Of a stretch of 64,000 bases of DNA, positions 19,973 to 29,383 are shown piece by piece. The DNA is from an uncultured delta proteobacterium (GTDB taxonomy: Bacteria > Desulfobacterota > Binatia > Binatales > Binataceae): positions 64,001 through 128,000 of the forward strand of contig CAWJET010000001.1 in the NCBI GenBank assembly GCA_963842085.1, written 5' to 3'. The number at the start of each line of letters is the position of its first letter. Position 1 is the first letter of the stretch. The notes under the pieces were generated by a model. That model was not told the DNA's origin and ran no database searches. It was given only the letters and a program-made list of their open reading frames with translations. The translations under genes were made by a program, and so were the position numbers.

Positions 19973-20299
19973 CTACGGGCTGCTCAAGTCCGGCAGCCCA
20001 GTGGAGCCGTCGTACGGAGCGGCGCCGACGCAAACGTAGGAGGGAACATAACCGAAGCTGAAGATGGTCAGCATGACCTGACGGCTGTGCTCCAGCATCT
20101 CGACGTTCGCGTGCGCGAGCTCATCCATGCGAGATTGGCATGCGTCGAGACCGTAGGCGGCAGCGATCACGATCTTCCGATTACCCGCGGGATCGTTCTG
20201 GACCCCCTCCCGGGTGCTGCATCCCATCAAACAGAAGAGCGCGAGAGACAGGGTTAGAACTCGCATCTCCGCTTTAGGTTGACACGCGTGTAACTGCAA
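19973..20299 (-). CDS. Hypothetical lipoprotein
   Basis: MRVLTLSLALFCLMGC lipobox. Confidence 0.6.
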   Translation of the reverse strand: MQLHACQPKAEMRVLTLSLALFCLMGCSTREGVQNDPAGNRKIVIAAAYGLDACQSRMDELAHANVEMLEHSRQVMLTIFSFGYVPSYVCVGAAPYDGSTGLPDLSSP

Positions 20300-20502
20300 G
20301 ACAACGCTCGCGACCGGCGCGGTGGTTAAACGCGAGCGGCGGATGCTCGGACTGGATCAGCGATTCGCACCGGACCAAGCCCGCGCGGTTGATTGAGTGC
20401 TGCGCCGGCTTTTCCTGGCCTGCGCGAATTCATTCATGAGACATTCATAATAGGCACGCGCGTCGTCACACGATTCACAGAGGCTTTGCAACTTCGGGAA
20501 AT

Positions 20503-20579
20503 TGGCGCGCCATGAGGGACTTGAACCCCCGACCTGATGATCCGTAGTCATCCGCTCTAATCCACTGAGCTAATGGCGC
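20503..20579 (-). tRNA. tRNA-Arg(ACG)
   Basis: Full cloverleaf GCGCCAT..GATGA CT ACG GA TCATC..GGTTCAAGTCC..ATGGCGC G CCA. Confidence 0.97.
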
Positions 20580-20645
20580 GTCGGGACCCTAGAAATTTTC
20601 ATATCGCGCGCCCGCGAGCAAGCTGACCTGCGCCCGCGCCTCCAG

Positions 20646-20700
20646 CCTCCTAACAGGCGCGAAGCGCCGCATCTTAGCACTGAGTGCAGGGGTCAGCCCT
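20646..20700 (+). repeat. Multi-hairpin intergenic element, 5' part
   Basis: ACAGGCGCGAAGCGCCGCATCTTAGCACTGAGTGCAGGGGTCAGCCCT aligns to 28897-28960. Confidence 0.75.
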
Positions 20701-20735
20701 CCCGCCCACCGCGCAGGTGACTTAATTAGTTGCGT

Positions 20736-22136
20736 TCACCCCTGCGCGGCGGGAATCCAGACCGAGACCGTGGTGCCTTCATGCACCTTGCTCTCGATCC
20801 GCAGCGCGCCATGATGCAACTGCACGATATGCTTGACGATCGCCAGGCCAAGGCCGGTGCCGCCGAGCTCGCGCGAGCGGGCGCGATCGACGCGATAGAA
20901 TCGCTCCGTCAGGCGCGGGATATCCGCGGCTGGTATCCCCTCGCCCGTATCCACCACCACCAGCGCGACGCCCGGCTTTGCGCCCGCGCCGTTGGAGTCC
21001 GCCGCTTCGCGCGCCTCAACAGTGACGCGGCCTTCGCGCGGAGTATATTTGATCGCGTTGTCGATCAAGTTGAGCATCACCTGGTGCAAGCGGTCGCGAT
21101 CGCCGGCCATCTTCGGCAATCCCGGCGGGCAATTCACTTCCAGGCGCAGCCCGCGCCGTCCCGCCTGTTCCTGCATCAGCTCCGCCGCCTCGGACAGCAC
21201 GCGCATCGGCTCTAGCTGCTCGATCTTGAGCGGAGTCAGCCCGCGCTCCAAATCCGAGAGCGAGACCAGGTCGTCGAGCAAACGCGCGAGCCGCCGCGCC
21301 TGCCGCTCGATGATGCCGAGGAAGCGCGCCGAGGTTTCCCGATCGTCCACGCCTTGCATGAGGGTTTCGGCGTACCCGTACAGCGCGCTCAGCGGCGTGC
21401 GCAGCTCGTGCGTGAGATTCGAGATGAAGTCGGCGCGCAGCGTCTCGTACGACTTGAGCTGCGTGATGTCGTGGAAGACGAACACCCACGCCGCGCCGCG
21501 CGAGGTGCGAATCTGCGCGGCACTGGCGCTGACGTAAAGTGGCGCGGGATTCTGGATCATGATCTCCGCGCTCATCACCTGATTGTCCGTCGAGCGCATC
21601 GAGCGCCCAACGAACTCCTGCAGCCGCGGGTCGCGGCATAGCTCGACGAACGGCCGGCCGCGGTAGTCGGTGTCGGCTCCCAGGGCGAAGATCCGCCGCC
21701 CGGCGCCGTTGAGCAGAATCACCTCGCCGCGCGCGCCCGTCACGACCACCGCCTCGGCCATGCTGCGCAGGATCGCCTCGAATTCGTCGCGCTGCTCGGT
21801 AAGCGAGTCGACCTCGGCGACGATCGAGTCGGCGGCGTCGAGCAGATGATGCTCCGCGATGTCGATTGCGTCGCTGCCGTTGGGCAGCAGATGCGGCGGC
21901 GGACGCCGGTCCTGCAACGCGGCGGCGACAGCGTCCAGTCTTTCCGCGCGCCGCAACAGCGAGCGTGCGATCGCACTGGCTGGAATCGCGCCGAGCGCAA
22001 GCCCGAGCACGATTACCACAACCAGCCACAGGAAGGACGCCGCGCCGGTGGCAGCGAGAACCGCCATGTAGATGGCGGCCGGCGCGAGACCGATTCCTAT
22101 CGCTGCGATCAGTCCGGCGGTCGGTGATCTATCCAA
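20736..22136 (-). CDS. phoR: Phosphate regulon sensor kinase
   Basis: PAS, THELRTPL, NLIDNAIKY, FYRVDRARSRELGGTGLGL; pst context. Confidence 0.92.
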   Translation of the reverse strand: MDRSPTAGLIAAIGIGLAPAAIYMAVLAATGAASFLWLVVVIVLGLALGAIPASAIARSLLRRAERLDAVAAALQDRRPPPHLLPNGSDAIDIAEHHLLDAADSIVAEVDSLTEQRDEFEAILRSMAEAVVVTGARGEVILLNGAGRRIFALGADTDYRGRPFVELCRDPRLQEFVGRSMRSTDNQVMSAEIMIQNPAPLYVSASAAQIRTSRGAAWVFVFHDITQLKSYETLRADFISNLTHELRTPLSALYGYAETLMQGVDDRETSARFLGIIERQARRLARLLDDLVSLSDLERGLTPLKIEQLEPMRVLSEAAELMQEQAGRRGLRLEVNCPPGLPKMAGDRDRLHQVMLNLIDNAIKYTPREGRVTVEAREAADSNGAGAKPGVALVVVDTGEGIPAADIPRLTERFYRVDRARSRELGGTGLGLAIVKHIVQLHHGALRIESKVHEGTTVSVWIPAAQG

Positions 22137-22890
22137 GCGCTTCCGGGTTGAAGCGATAGCCGACGCTTCGCACCGTGAGGATCAGTTCCGGATTGGCGTC
22201 GTCGCGCTCGATATGCTGGCGCAGCCGGCGCACGTGCACGTCGACGGTCCGCGGTTCGACGAACGTGTCGCGGCCCCACACCATGTCGAGCAGTTGTTCG
22301 CGCGTATACACCCGCATCGGATGCTGCACGAAAAATTTGAGCAGTTCGAACTCGCGCAGCGCGAGCTCCCTGCGCCTGGCGTCCACGAACACCTGGTAGG
22401 TGCCGAAGTCCATCCGCAGCCGGCCCTTCTCGTACGCGCCGCCGCCGGAGTCCGGCTCCGAGAGCGGATTGGCGCGCCGCAGCAGCGCCTTGACCCGCGC
22501 CACCAGTTCGCGCGGGCTGAACGGCTTGACCACGTAATCGTCGGCGCCCATCTCCAGCCCGAGCACCTTGTCCACCTCGGTACCCTTGGCGGTGACGATG
22601 AGAATCGGAAGATGCGCGGTGTCGCGCTCCGCGCGCATCTGGCGGCAGACCTGCAGCCCCGGCGTCCCCGGCAGCATCAGGTCGAGCACCATCAGATCGG
22701 GCACGCGGCGCTTTACCTTCTCCAGCGCCTGCGCACCGTCAGCCGCTTCCTCGACGACAAAGCCCTCCTGCGCGAGGTTGTAGCGGATCAGCTCGCGAAT
22801 GTCGGCGTCGTCTTCTACGATCAGCACGCGGTAGCGAACCCCGCGCTGCGCCTCGGAAACCGCGTTCGTGGCCTGGCTCGTCTGGTTCAT
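22129..22890 (-). CDS. phoB: Phosphate regulon response regulator
   Basis: REC + OmpR wHTH (RTVDVHVRRLR); pst context. Confidence 0.9.
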   Translation of the reverse strand: MNQTSQATNAVSEAQRGVRYRVLIVEDDADIRELIRYNLAQEGFVVEEAADGAQALEKVKRRVPDLMVLDLMLPGTPGLQVCRQMRAERDTAHLPILIVTAKGTEVDKVLGLEMGADDYVVKPFSPRELVARVKALLRRANPLSEPDSGGGAYEKGRLRMDFGTYQVFVDARRRELALREFELLKFFVQHPMRVYTREQLLDMVWGRDTFVEPRTVDVHVRRLRQHIERDDANPELILTVRSVGYRFNPEALG

Positions 22891-22913
22891 CGCTCACCCC
22901 CTCCACCTTGAGA

Positions 22914-23609
22914 TCAGGTTCCCCGCTTCTTGGTTTCGACGTGACGGATCATTTTGCCCTTGACCATGAACGTCACCATTTCCGCGATATTGGTCGCGTG
23001 ATCGGCAATCCGCTCGAGATACTTGGAAACGAACAGCAGCCGCGTCGCCGACGCTATCGTATGCGGATCCTCGGCCATGTAGCTCAGCAGCTCGCGATAG
23101 ACCTGGTAGTTAAGCAGATCGACTTCGTCGTCGCGCGCGATCACCTGGTCAGCCAGGTCGGTGTCGTCGCGCATGAACGCGTCGATACTGTCCTTGACCA
23201 TCGATTGCGCGATCTCGGCCATCCGCGGCAGGTCGATGTAGGGCTTGAGCTGCGGCACTTCGTTCAGCTCGAGCGTACGCTCGCAGATGTTGACCGCGTT
23301 GTCGCCGATTCGTTCGAGGTCGGTGGTGATCTTCAGTCCGGTGGTGATGAACCGCAGGTCGCTGGCGGTCGGCTGATGCAGCGCGAGCAGCCGGATGCAC
23401 TGCTCGTCGTTGTCGTTGTCCATCCGGTTCACTTCTTCGTCGCGCTCGATCACCTCACGGGCATGCTCGCTGTCGCGATTGACCAGCGACTCGACGGCTT
23501 CGGCGATTTGACGCTCGACCAATCCGCCCATCTTGAGCAGACCGGCGCGCAAGCCGCGCAAATCCTCTTCGTACTGCCTGTTGGTATGCTGCGGCTGAGT
23601 GCTATCCAT
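22914..23609 (-). CDS. phoU: Phosphate signalling protein PhoU
   Basis: DLERIGDNA and YLERIADHATNIAE repeats. Confidence 0.95.
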   Translation of the reverse strand: MDSTQPQHTNRQYEEDLRGLRAGLLKMGGLVERQIAEAVESLVNRDSEHAREVIERDEEVNRMDNDNDEQCIRLLALHQPTASDLRFITTGLKITTDLERIGDNAVNICERTLELNEVPQLKPYIDLPRMAEIAQSMVKDSIDAFMRDDTDLADQVIARDDEVDLLNYQVYRELLSYMAEDPHTIASATRLLFVSKYLERIADHATNIAEMVTFMVKGKMIRHVETKKRGT

Positions 23610-23626
23610 TTTTCTTTTCCCCGATA

Positions 23627-24388
23627 TCAGCCAAACCGACCGGTGATATAGTCTTCGGTCTCGCGCCGGGTGGGGTTCGTGAATATCTGCTTGGTCTCGC
23701 CGTATTCGACCAGGTCGCCGGTGTACATGAAGGCGGTCATGTCCGAGCAGCGCGCGGCTTGCTGCATGTTGTGCGTCACGATGACGATAGTGTACGCCGA
23801 CTTCAGTTCCAGCAATAGTTCTTCTATGCGCGCGGTCGAAATAGGGTCGAGCGCCGAGCACGGCTCGTCCATCAGCAGCACCTCGGGCTGAACCGCCAGC
23901 GCGCGCGCCACGCACAGGCGCTGCTGCTGTCCGCCCGACAGGCTGCCGCCGGGCCGCCGCAAGCGATCCTTCACCTCTTCCCAAAGCGCCGCCTGGCGCA
24001 GGCTTCGCTCGACTATCGAATCGCGCTCGGCGCGGCTTACCTGCACACCGTTGAGGGTGAGCCCGGCCGCGACGTTGTCCTCGATCGACATGGTCGGGAA
24101 CGGGGTCGGCTTCTGAAAGACCATCCCGATTCGCCGCCGCACCTGCACCGGATCGACGCCGTCGCCGTAGATATCGTTGCCGTCGAGCAGCACCTCGCCG
24201 CTCGCGGTCGCGCCGGGCACCACCTCATGCATCCGGTTGAGGCATCGTACCAGCGTGGACTTGCCGCATCCTGAAGGCCCGATGATCGCGGCGATGCGGT
24301 CTTCCTCGAAGGAGAGACTGACGTCGTGCAGCGCGCGATTCTTGTGGAAGTACGCGTTGAGACCTTTAACGACCAGCTTTTCAGCCAT
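23627..24388 (-). CDS. pstB: Phosphate ABC ATPase
   Basis: [35 protein letters not shown]. Confidence 0.96.
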   Translation of the reverse strand: MAEKLVVKGLNAYFHKNRALHDVSLSFEEDRIAAIIGPSGCGKSTLVRCLNRMHEVVPGATASGEVLLDGNDIYGDGVDPVQVRRRIGMVFQKPTPFPTMSIEDNVAAGLTLNGVQVSRAERDSIVERSLRQAALWEEVKDRLRRPGGSLSGGQQQRLCVARALAVQPEVLLMDEPCSALDPISTARIEELLLELKSAYTIVIVTHNMQQAARCSDMTAFMYTGDLVEYGETKQIFTNPTRRETEDYITGRFG

Positions 24389-24390
24389 GG

Positions 24391-25266
24391 CTACCTTGGC
24401 GCCTTCGCCGCCCCGCCCGTCACCCATCGCACCCCCAGCTCGAGCGCCAGGATTATCGCCGTCAGCACCAGCGCGCCCGCCCACGCCTGGCGCTGCCAAT
24501 CGGCAAAAGGCGAAATGGCATAAGTGTAAACCTGAACCGTCAGCGTGTTGATCGGATGAAACAGCGACGTTGACCAGAACCGGTTGCCGAACGCCGTGAA
24601 CAGCAGCGGCGCCGTCTCGCCCGACACCCGTGCCACCGCCAGGATGACGCCGGTGGTGATTCCCGACAGCGCCGTGCGCGCCACCACCGACAGCGTCGTG
24701 CGCCAATGCGGCACGCCCAGCGCCAGCGACGCCTCGCGAAGTTCGGGCGGCACCAGCAGCACCATCTCTTCAGTGGTGCGCGTTACCAGCGGAATCATAA
24801 TCGCCGCCAGCGCGACGGAACCGGCCAGCGCCGAGAACCCGCCGAACGGCCGCACCACGGCTGCATAGGCAAAGATTCCAACCACGATCGACGGCACACC
24901 CATCAGGACGTCGGCCGAGAAACGGACCCAGTTGGTGAACTGGCTCGTGCGATTGGCCGCCAGGTACAGCCCGGCACCGACCCCTATCGGCACCCCCATC
25001 AGGCACGCGATACCTACCACTTCCAGCGTGCCGACGATCGCGTTGGCCATCCCGCCGCCCTTTTCGCCGACCGGCGCCGGCATGTGCGTAAAGAACGCCC
25101 AGTTCACGCTCGCGACACCTTTGGTAAGCAAGTAGCCAAGCACCAGGAACAGCGGGATCAGCGTTACGATGGTCGCGCCGACCGTGACCGCCATCATCGA
25201 ATCGCTCTTGAACTTGCGATAGCGATAGCTGGTCTCGCCGTGAAGATTGCTGACGCCGGCTGCCAT
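24391..25266 (-). CDS. pstA: Phosphate ABC permease PstA
   Basis: [21 protein letters not shown]. Confidence 0.95.
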   Translation of the reverse strand: MAAGVSNLHGETSYRYRKFKSDSMMAVTVGATIVTLIPLFLVLGYLLTKGVASVNWAFFTHMPAPVGEKGGGMANAIVGTLEVVGIACLMGVPIGVGAGLYLAANRTSQFTNWVRFSADVLMGVPSIVVGIFAYAAVVRPFGGFSALAGSVALAAIMIPLVTRTTEEMVLLVPPELREASLALGVPHWRTTLSVVARTALSGITTGVILAVARVSGETAPLLFTAFGNRFWSTSLFHPINTLTVQVYTYAISPFADWQRQAWAGALVLTAIILALELGVRWVTGGAAKAPR

Positions 25267-26300
25267 TACTTGCCCGTCTCCTGATAGCGGCGACGCTGCA
25301 CGCCGAGCACCAGCGCGCGCGCCACCACGTTGAGCACGATTCCGAGAATCAGCAGCACCAGGCCCAGTTCGATTAGCGCGGAGACATACAGGTCGGAGGT
25401 GGCTTCCGCGAATTCGTTGGCGATCACGCTGGCCAGCGTCGCCGCCGGCTTGAACAACGACGCGGAAATCTCCGCCGAGTTGCCGATCACCATCGCCACC
25501 GCGATCGTCTCGCCGAGCGCACGCCCCAGGCCCAGGATGATCGCGCCGATCACGCCCGTCATCCCGTACGGGATCACCGCCGTCTTGACCATCTCCCACT
25601 TGGTCGCGCCCAGCGCGAGCGCGGCCTCGCGCTGCGTATGCGGAACCACCCGAAACACGTCCGTGCAAACCGACGAAATGTACGGGATGATCATGATGGC
25701 GAGAATGACTCCCGCCGACAGCATTCCGACCGACACCTTGGGCCCCTGGAACAGCGGCAGCCAGCCGAACCAGTGCTCGAGCGGCGGCTCCACATAGTCG
25801 CGAAGCCACGGACCCATCACGAATATCGCCCACAGTCCGTACACTACGCTCGGAATTGCGGCGAGCAGGTCGACCAGGAATCCCAGCCGATGGCTGAGCC
25901 AGTCGGGCGCCATCTCGCTCAGGCACAGCGCGACGCCCAGGCTCAGCGGCACCGCTACTACCAGCGCGATCAACGACGAAACGAAGGTCCCGAAGATAAA
26001 CGGCAGCGCGCCATATTGATCAGTGACGGGATCCCATTCCGTGCTGACAAAAAAGTGCAGTCCGAACACCCGAATCGTTGGAAAGCTGTCCACGATCAAC
26101 GCAACCGCCAGTCCGAACAGCAACGCCAGAATCGCCAGCGCAAGAATAAATGTCACGGTGTTGAAAATTCGATCGCCAAACAGACGCACCTGCACCGGCG
26201 CTCTCGCACGCTCGCGCCGGACCGCCGGGATACCGTCGGCCATCGAACCTTCTAATTCGGACAAGCGATCTCTTCCTACAGAATTTGCTGGCTCTATCAC
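25266..26300 (-). CDS. pstC: Phosphate ABC permease PstC
   Basis: AIPSVVYGLW, GRALGETIAV, IANEFAEA; start uncertain. Confidence 0.95.
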   Translation of the reverse strand: MIEPANSVGRDRLSELEGSMADGIPAVRRERARAPVQVRLFGDRIFNTVTFILALAILALLFGLAVALIVDSFPTIRVFGLHFFVSTEWDPVTDQYGALPFIFGTFVSSLIALVVAVPLSLGVALCLSEMAPDWLSHRLGFLVDLLAAIPSVVYGLWAIFVMGPWLRDYVEPPLEHWFGWLPLFQGPKVSVGMLSAGVILAIMIIPYISSVCTDVFRVVPHTQREAALALGATKWEMVKTAVIPYGMTGVIGAIILGLGRALGETIAVAMVIGNSAEISASLFKPAATLASVIANEFAEATSDLYVSALIELGLVLLILGIVLNVVARALVLGVQRRRYQETGK

Positions 26301-26347
26301 GTCGGGAGCCGACCTCTGCGTCGCGGCCGGACTATCCGTCGCACTTA

Positions 26348-26390
26348 ATCATACGCACCAATTGTTGCGGGAATGTTACGGAGGCTGAAA
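26348..26390 (-). promoter_or_regulatory. Pho box and -10 upstream of pstC
   Basis: GTAACA/GCAACA at 11-bp spacing (26379-74, 26368-63), 9 nt before TATGAT (26353-48). Confidence 0.6.
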
Positions 26391-26506
26391 ATCGCAGTGA
26401 AGCTGCGAATTTTCAGCGAAATCGCAATAAGATGCTGGATCTTGCTCGTTAAAGAGTGGGCAACCTTTCCCCCTCGTCCCGTTCGAACAGAGCCAGCCCA
26501 GCCTTT

Positions 26507-26541
26507 ATCTTAACAGGGGGTGCAGGGGTCACCCCCCCGGT
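26507..26541 (+). repeat. Multi-hairpin intergenic element, partial core
   Basis: ATCTTAACAGGGGGTGCAGGGGTCACCCCCCCGG. Confidence 0.6.
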
Positions 26542-26547
26542 TTCACA

Positions 26548-27873
26548 TTAGATTTTGCGTATTCGTTCCAATCCGCCCATATAAGGCCGCAATACCTCGG
26601 GAATCGTCACGCTGCCATCCTCGTTCTGGTAGTTTTCCAGCACCGCGATCATAGTCCGCGGCAGAGCCAGCCCTGATCCATTCAATGTATGAACGAGCTC
26701 GGGCTTGCCACCCTTGGTTTTGAAACGAATCTTCGCGCGACGCGCCTGGAAGTCCGTGCAATTGGAAACCGAGCTGACCTCGAGCCATTCGCCGCATCCC
26801 GGCGCCCACATTTCCAGGTCGTAAGTGGCCGCGCTCGCGAAACTCAGATCCGCGGTGCACAGGGCGACAACTCGGAATGGAATCTTCAGCCGCCGGCAGA
26901 TCTCCGCGGCGTTCTCCACCATCTTGTGAAACTCGTCGTCCGACGTCTCCGGACGCACCAGCTTCACCATCTCAACCTTGTCGAACTGATGCCCGCGCTT
27001 GATGCCGCGCACGTCGCGCCCGGCCGACATCTTCTCGCGCCGAAAGCACGGCGTGTACGCGGTCAGGTAGATCGGCAGAATTCTTTCGTCGAGCGTCTCG
27101 TCGCGATGCAGGCTGGTGAGCGGAACCTCGGCGGTCGGGATAAACCAGAAGTCATCCTCGTCGTCGTGGTACATCGTGTCCGCGTTCTTCGGCAGATGCC
27201 CCGTGCTGGTCGCCGTCTCGCGACTCACCATCAACGGCGGAATTATTTCGAGATAACCCTGCTCCCGCTTGACGTCGAGCATCCAGTTGATCAGGGCGCG
27301 CTGAAGCCTCGCGCCCGCGCCGCTCAGGACATAGAAACGCGTCCCCGACAGTTTCACTCCGCGATCGAAATCGATGATTCCGAGATTCTCGCCGAGTTCC
27401 CAATGCGGGAGCGGCTTGAACGCGGTGAACTCAACCGGCGTCCCCTCGGTCCTGATTACGCGATTGTCGGCCTCGCTCGTGCCGACCGGCACATCCGCCC
27501 GCGGGATGTTGGGCAGCTCCAGCATGCGCGAATGGACCTCGCGTTCTGCAAGAGAGAGTTGCGCGCCCAGGAGCAGTAACGGATTGCTGGCATCGACCGC
27601 TTCGCCGGGCGGGAGCTTGGTTAGCTTTTCCTCGTCCGCTTCCTCGGCGCGAATCTTGGCGATCTCAGCCGCGCGTTGGTCCGGCGGCAGCTTGCCGACT
27701 TCCCTAGCCCGCCGCTTGCGATCGGCGCGCAGTTGATCGACTTCGCCTTGAAGCCTTCGACGCTTCTGATCAGCCTCGAGGATTCGATCGACTTCGGCCG
27801 GCTCGACGCCTCGCTTGGCAAGTTCGCCCTTCACGAAATCCGGCCGTTCACGAATCAGCTTGATATCCAGCAT
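26548..27873 (-). CDS. serS: Serine--tRNA ligase
   Basis: MLDIKLIRE, PTAEVP, FRRE..GRDVRGIKRGHQF, HTLNGSGLA. Confidence 0.98.
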   Translation of the reverse strand: MLDIKLIRERPDFVKGELAKRGVEPAEVDRILEADQKRRRLQGEVDQLRADRKRRAREVGKLPPDQRAAEIAKIRAEEADEEKLTKLPPGEAVDASNPLLLLGAQLSLAEREVHSRMLELPNIPRADVPVGTSEADNRVIRTEGTPVEFTAFKPLPHWELGENLGIIDFDRGVKLSGTRFYVLSGAGARLQRALINWMLDVKREQGYLEIIPPLMVSRETATSTGHLPKNADTMYHDDEDDFWFIPTAEVPLTSLHRDETLDERILPIYLTAYTPCFRREKMSAGRDVRGIKRGHQFDKVEMVKLVRPETSDDEFHKMVENAAEICRRLKIPFRVVALCTADLSFASAATYDLEMWAPGCGEWLEVSSVSNCTDFQARRAKIRFKTKGGKPELVHTLNGSGLALPRTMIAVLENYQNEDGSVTIPEVLRPYMGGLERIRKI

Positions 27874-27889
27874 TCAGAATGCGTTCCTC
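27836..27889. repeat. 54-bp perfect direct repeat, copy A (functional serS start)
   Basis: AAATCCGGCCGTTCACGAATCAGCTTGATATCCAGCATTCAGAATGCGTTCCTC identical at 28366-28419. Confidence 0.97.
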
Positions 27890-27927
27890 GCTAGCCTCAT
27901 ATAAGGCGGAATTCGTGAGTCTTGAGG

Positions 27928-28350
27928 CTATCGCCTGTCCATTCCACTACGAGTGTTGGCTTGAAATTGGGTTTCGCTTTTAGACATCTCGTTGTCGAAC
28001 CAACTCCTCATCATCGGCATCACTTTCACTTTGAACTCCTCGGACGCCTCATCCGGATATTTCGTGCGCCGAACGGGATAAAAATACAATTCGCCTCCTC
28101 TTCCGTATTGCAGAAGCTTGCGAAATCTCGTGAGTTCGGACTCCGGATGCATCTTAAGCGAGGCAATTACTGGTCCAGCAAACTTCGGCCGAGGAGAGTA
28201 TCGAGCGTTCCATCTGCGCGTCAAAAACGATCTCTTGGGCCGTCCGAAGCCCACCCGATTAACGGCGGTCGAATCGAATGCGGTTCGAACGTCTCGCTCC
28301 GAGCAGGCAAACCGCTCACCTGACTGTGGTTTGATGGACTGTATGTGCAC
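27928..28350 (-). CDS. Hypothetical protein in inserted cassette, possibly frameshifted near 3' end
   Basis: 140-aa ORF with lower GC; alternative frame TLVVEWTGDSLKTHEFRLI* ends at 27897. Confidence 0.6.
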   Translation of the reverse strand: MHIQSIKPQSGERFACSERDVRTAFDSTAVNRVGFGRPKRSFLTRRWNARYSPRPKFAGPVIASLKMHPESELTRFRKLLQYGRGGELYFYPVRRTKYPDEASEEFKVKVMPMMRSWFDNEMSKSETQFQANTRSGMDRR

Positions 28351-28365
28351 AATTCAATCTCGTAA

Positions 28366-28419
28366 AAATCCGGCCGTTCACGAATCAGCTTGATATCCAG
28401 CATTCAGAATGCGTTCCTC
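28366..28419. repeat. 54-bp perfect direct repeat, copy B (yraN end plus serS stub)
   Basis: Identical to 27836-27889. Confidence 0.97.
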
Positions 28420-28814
28420 AACAGTTCGATTTCCAGTCTCTTGCCCGACGCGTCAACCGCCACGATATCGAAGCGCATCTCGATTTCATCCGCTCGATAG
28501 CGCCGCGCAAAAACCTCCGCCGCGCGCCGCATCCGGTTTTGCTTGCGCTCATCGACGGCCTCTTCCGGCGCACCCGCCGCGCGCGAGCGTCGCGTCTTCA
28601 CCTCGACGAAGACGAGAGTCTCGCCGTCGATCGCGACCAGATCTATTTCCGCTCCGGCAGCGCGAAAATTCCGCGCGACGATCCGGTAGCCAGCGCGCCG
28701 CAGATACTTTTCCGCAGCCTGTTCGCCACGCCGACCTAGCGGAAGCTGCGCTCGAAGCTCCGCCAGCCATGCGACGGCCCGGCCGATCGAATCACGCAAT
28801 GTTATCTTATCCAA
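28404..28814 (-). CDS. yraN: YraN/UPF0102 family protein
   Basis: GEQAAEKYL..GYRIVARNFR..EIDLVA..LVFVEVKTR..RFDIV. Confidence 0.93.
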   Translation of the reverse strand: MDKITLRDSIGRAVAWLAELRAQLPLGRRGEQAAEKYLRRAGYRIVARNFRAAGAEIDLVAIDGETLVFVEVKTRRSRAAGAPEEAVDERKQNRMRRAAEVFARRYRADEIEMRFDIVAVDASGKRLEIELLRNAF

Positions 28815-28896
28815 CCCGCCCCCATTCCCGCGAGGCTAGAAGGCCGCACCAGCCTCCGCAAGCTGCCCGGCCAGGCGAAAGCTCTTCTCACTAACC

Positions 28897-29022
28897 CCTT
28901 CTGACAGGGACGAAGTCCCGCATCTTTTCTTTCTTAGTACTGGGTGCAGGGGTCACCCCTGCCCAAGGAAGCGTGAAACCCATGGTGGGTTTCGCATTCA
29001 ATGAAGTGATTTGCCCTTCCCC
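28897..29022 (+). repeat. Multi-hairpin intergenic element, longest copy
   Basis: Hairpins GGGAC-GAA-GTCCC, GCAGGGG-TCA-CCCCTGC, GAAACCCA-TGG-TGGGTTTC; aligns to 20646-20700 and 59186-59277. Confidence 0.85.
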
Positions 29023-29072
29023 GCAACCCTGACATGGATCGCCCGGAATGTTACGATTTGCGCAGAACCATC

Positions 29073-29369
29073 ATGCCTGAAACGAAAATCACCCTCGAGC
29101 AGGTGCGCCACGTCGCACGCCTGGCGCGCCTCGAATTGTCGCCGGAAGACGAACAACGTCTGCGCGCCGACATGGACGAAATGCTCGCCTACGTGGTCAA
29201 ATTGAACGAGCTCGACACCAGGGACGTCGCGCCAACGACGCAGGTCGGCGAGGCCGGCATGCCGATGCGCGACGACCAAGTGACCAACCGGCCCGCCGCC
29301 GACGCGATGCTCGCCAACGCGCCTTCGCGCGAGCGCGGTTACTTCAAAGTGCCGAAAATCATCGAGTAG
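29073..29369 (+). CDS. gatC: Asp/Glu-tRNA amidotransferase subunit C
   Basis: [11 protein letters not shown]...NAP...YFKVPKIIE. Confidence 0.95.
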   Translation: MPETKITLEQVRHVARLARLELSPEDEQRLRADMDEMLAYVVKLNELDTRDVAPTTQVGEAGMPMRDDQVTNRPAADAMLANAPSRERGYFKVPKIIE

Positions 29370-29383
29370 AAATTCCCTCGAGC

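Noticed and set aside
26578-27907. CATATAAGGC shared between the serS 3' end and the cassette end
   Set aside because: Only 10 bp and coding in both places; plausible by chance
28221-28403. 60-aa ORF beginning MLDIKLIRERPDF as a second serS or leader peptide
   Set aside because: By-product of the 54-bp duplication; similarity ends at the repeat boundary
29045-29057. GGAATGTTACG also present in the pstC Pho box region
   Set aside because: Single half-site; better explained as an extended -10 (TGnTACGAT) for gatC
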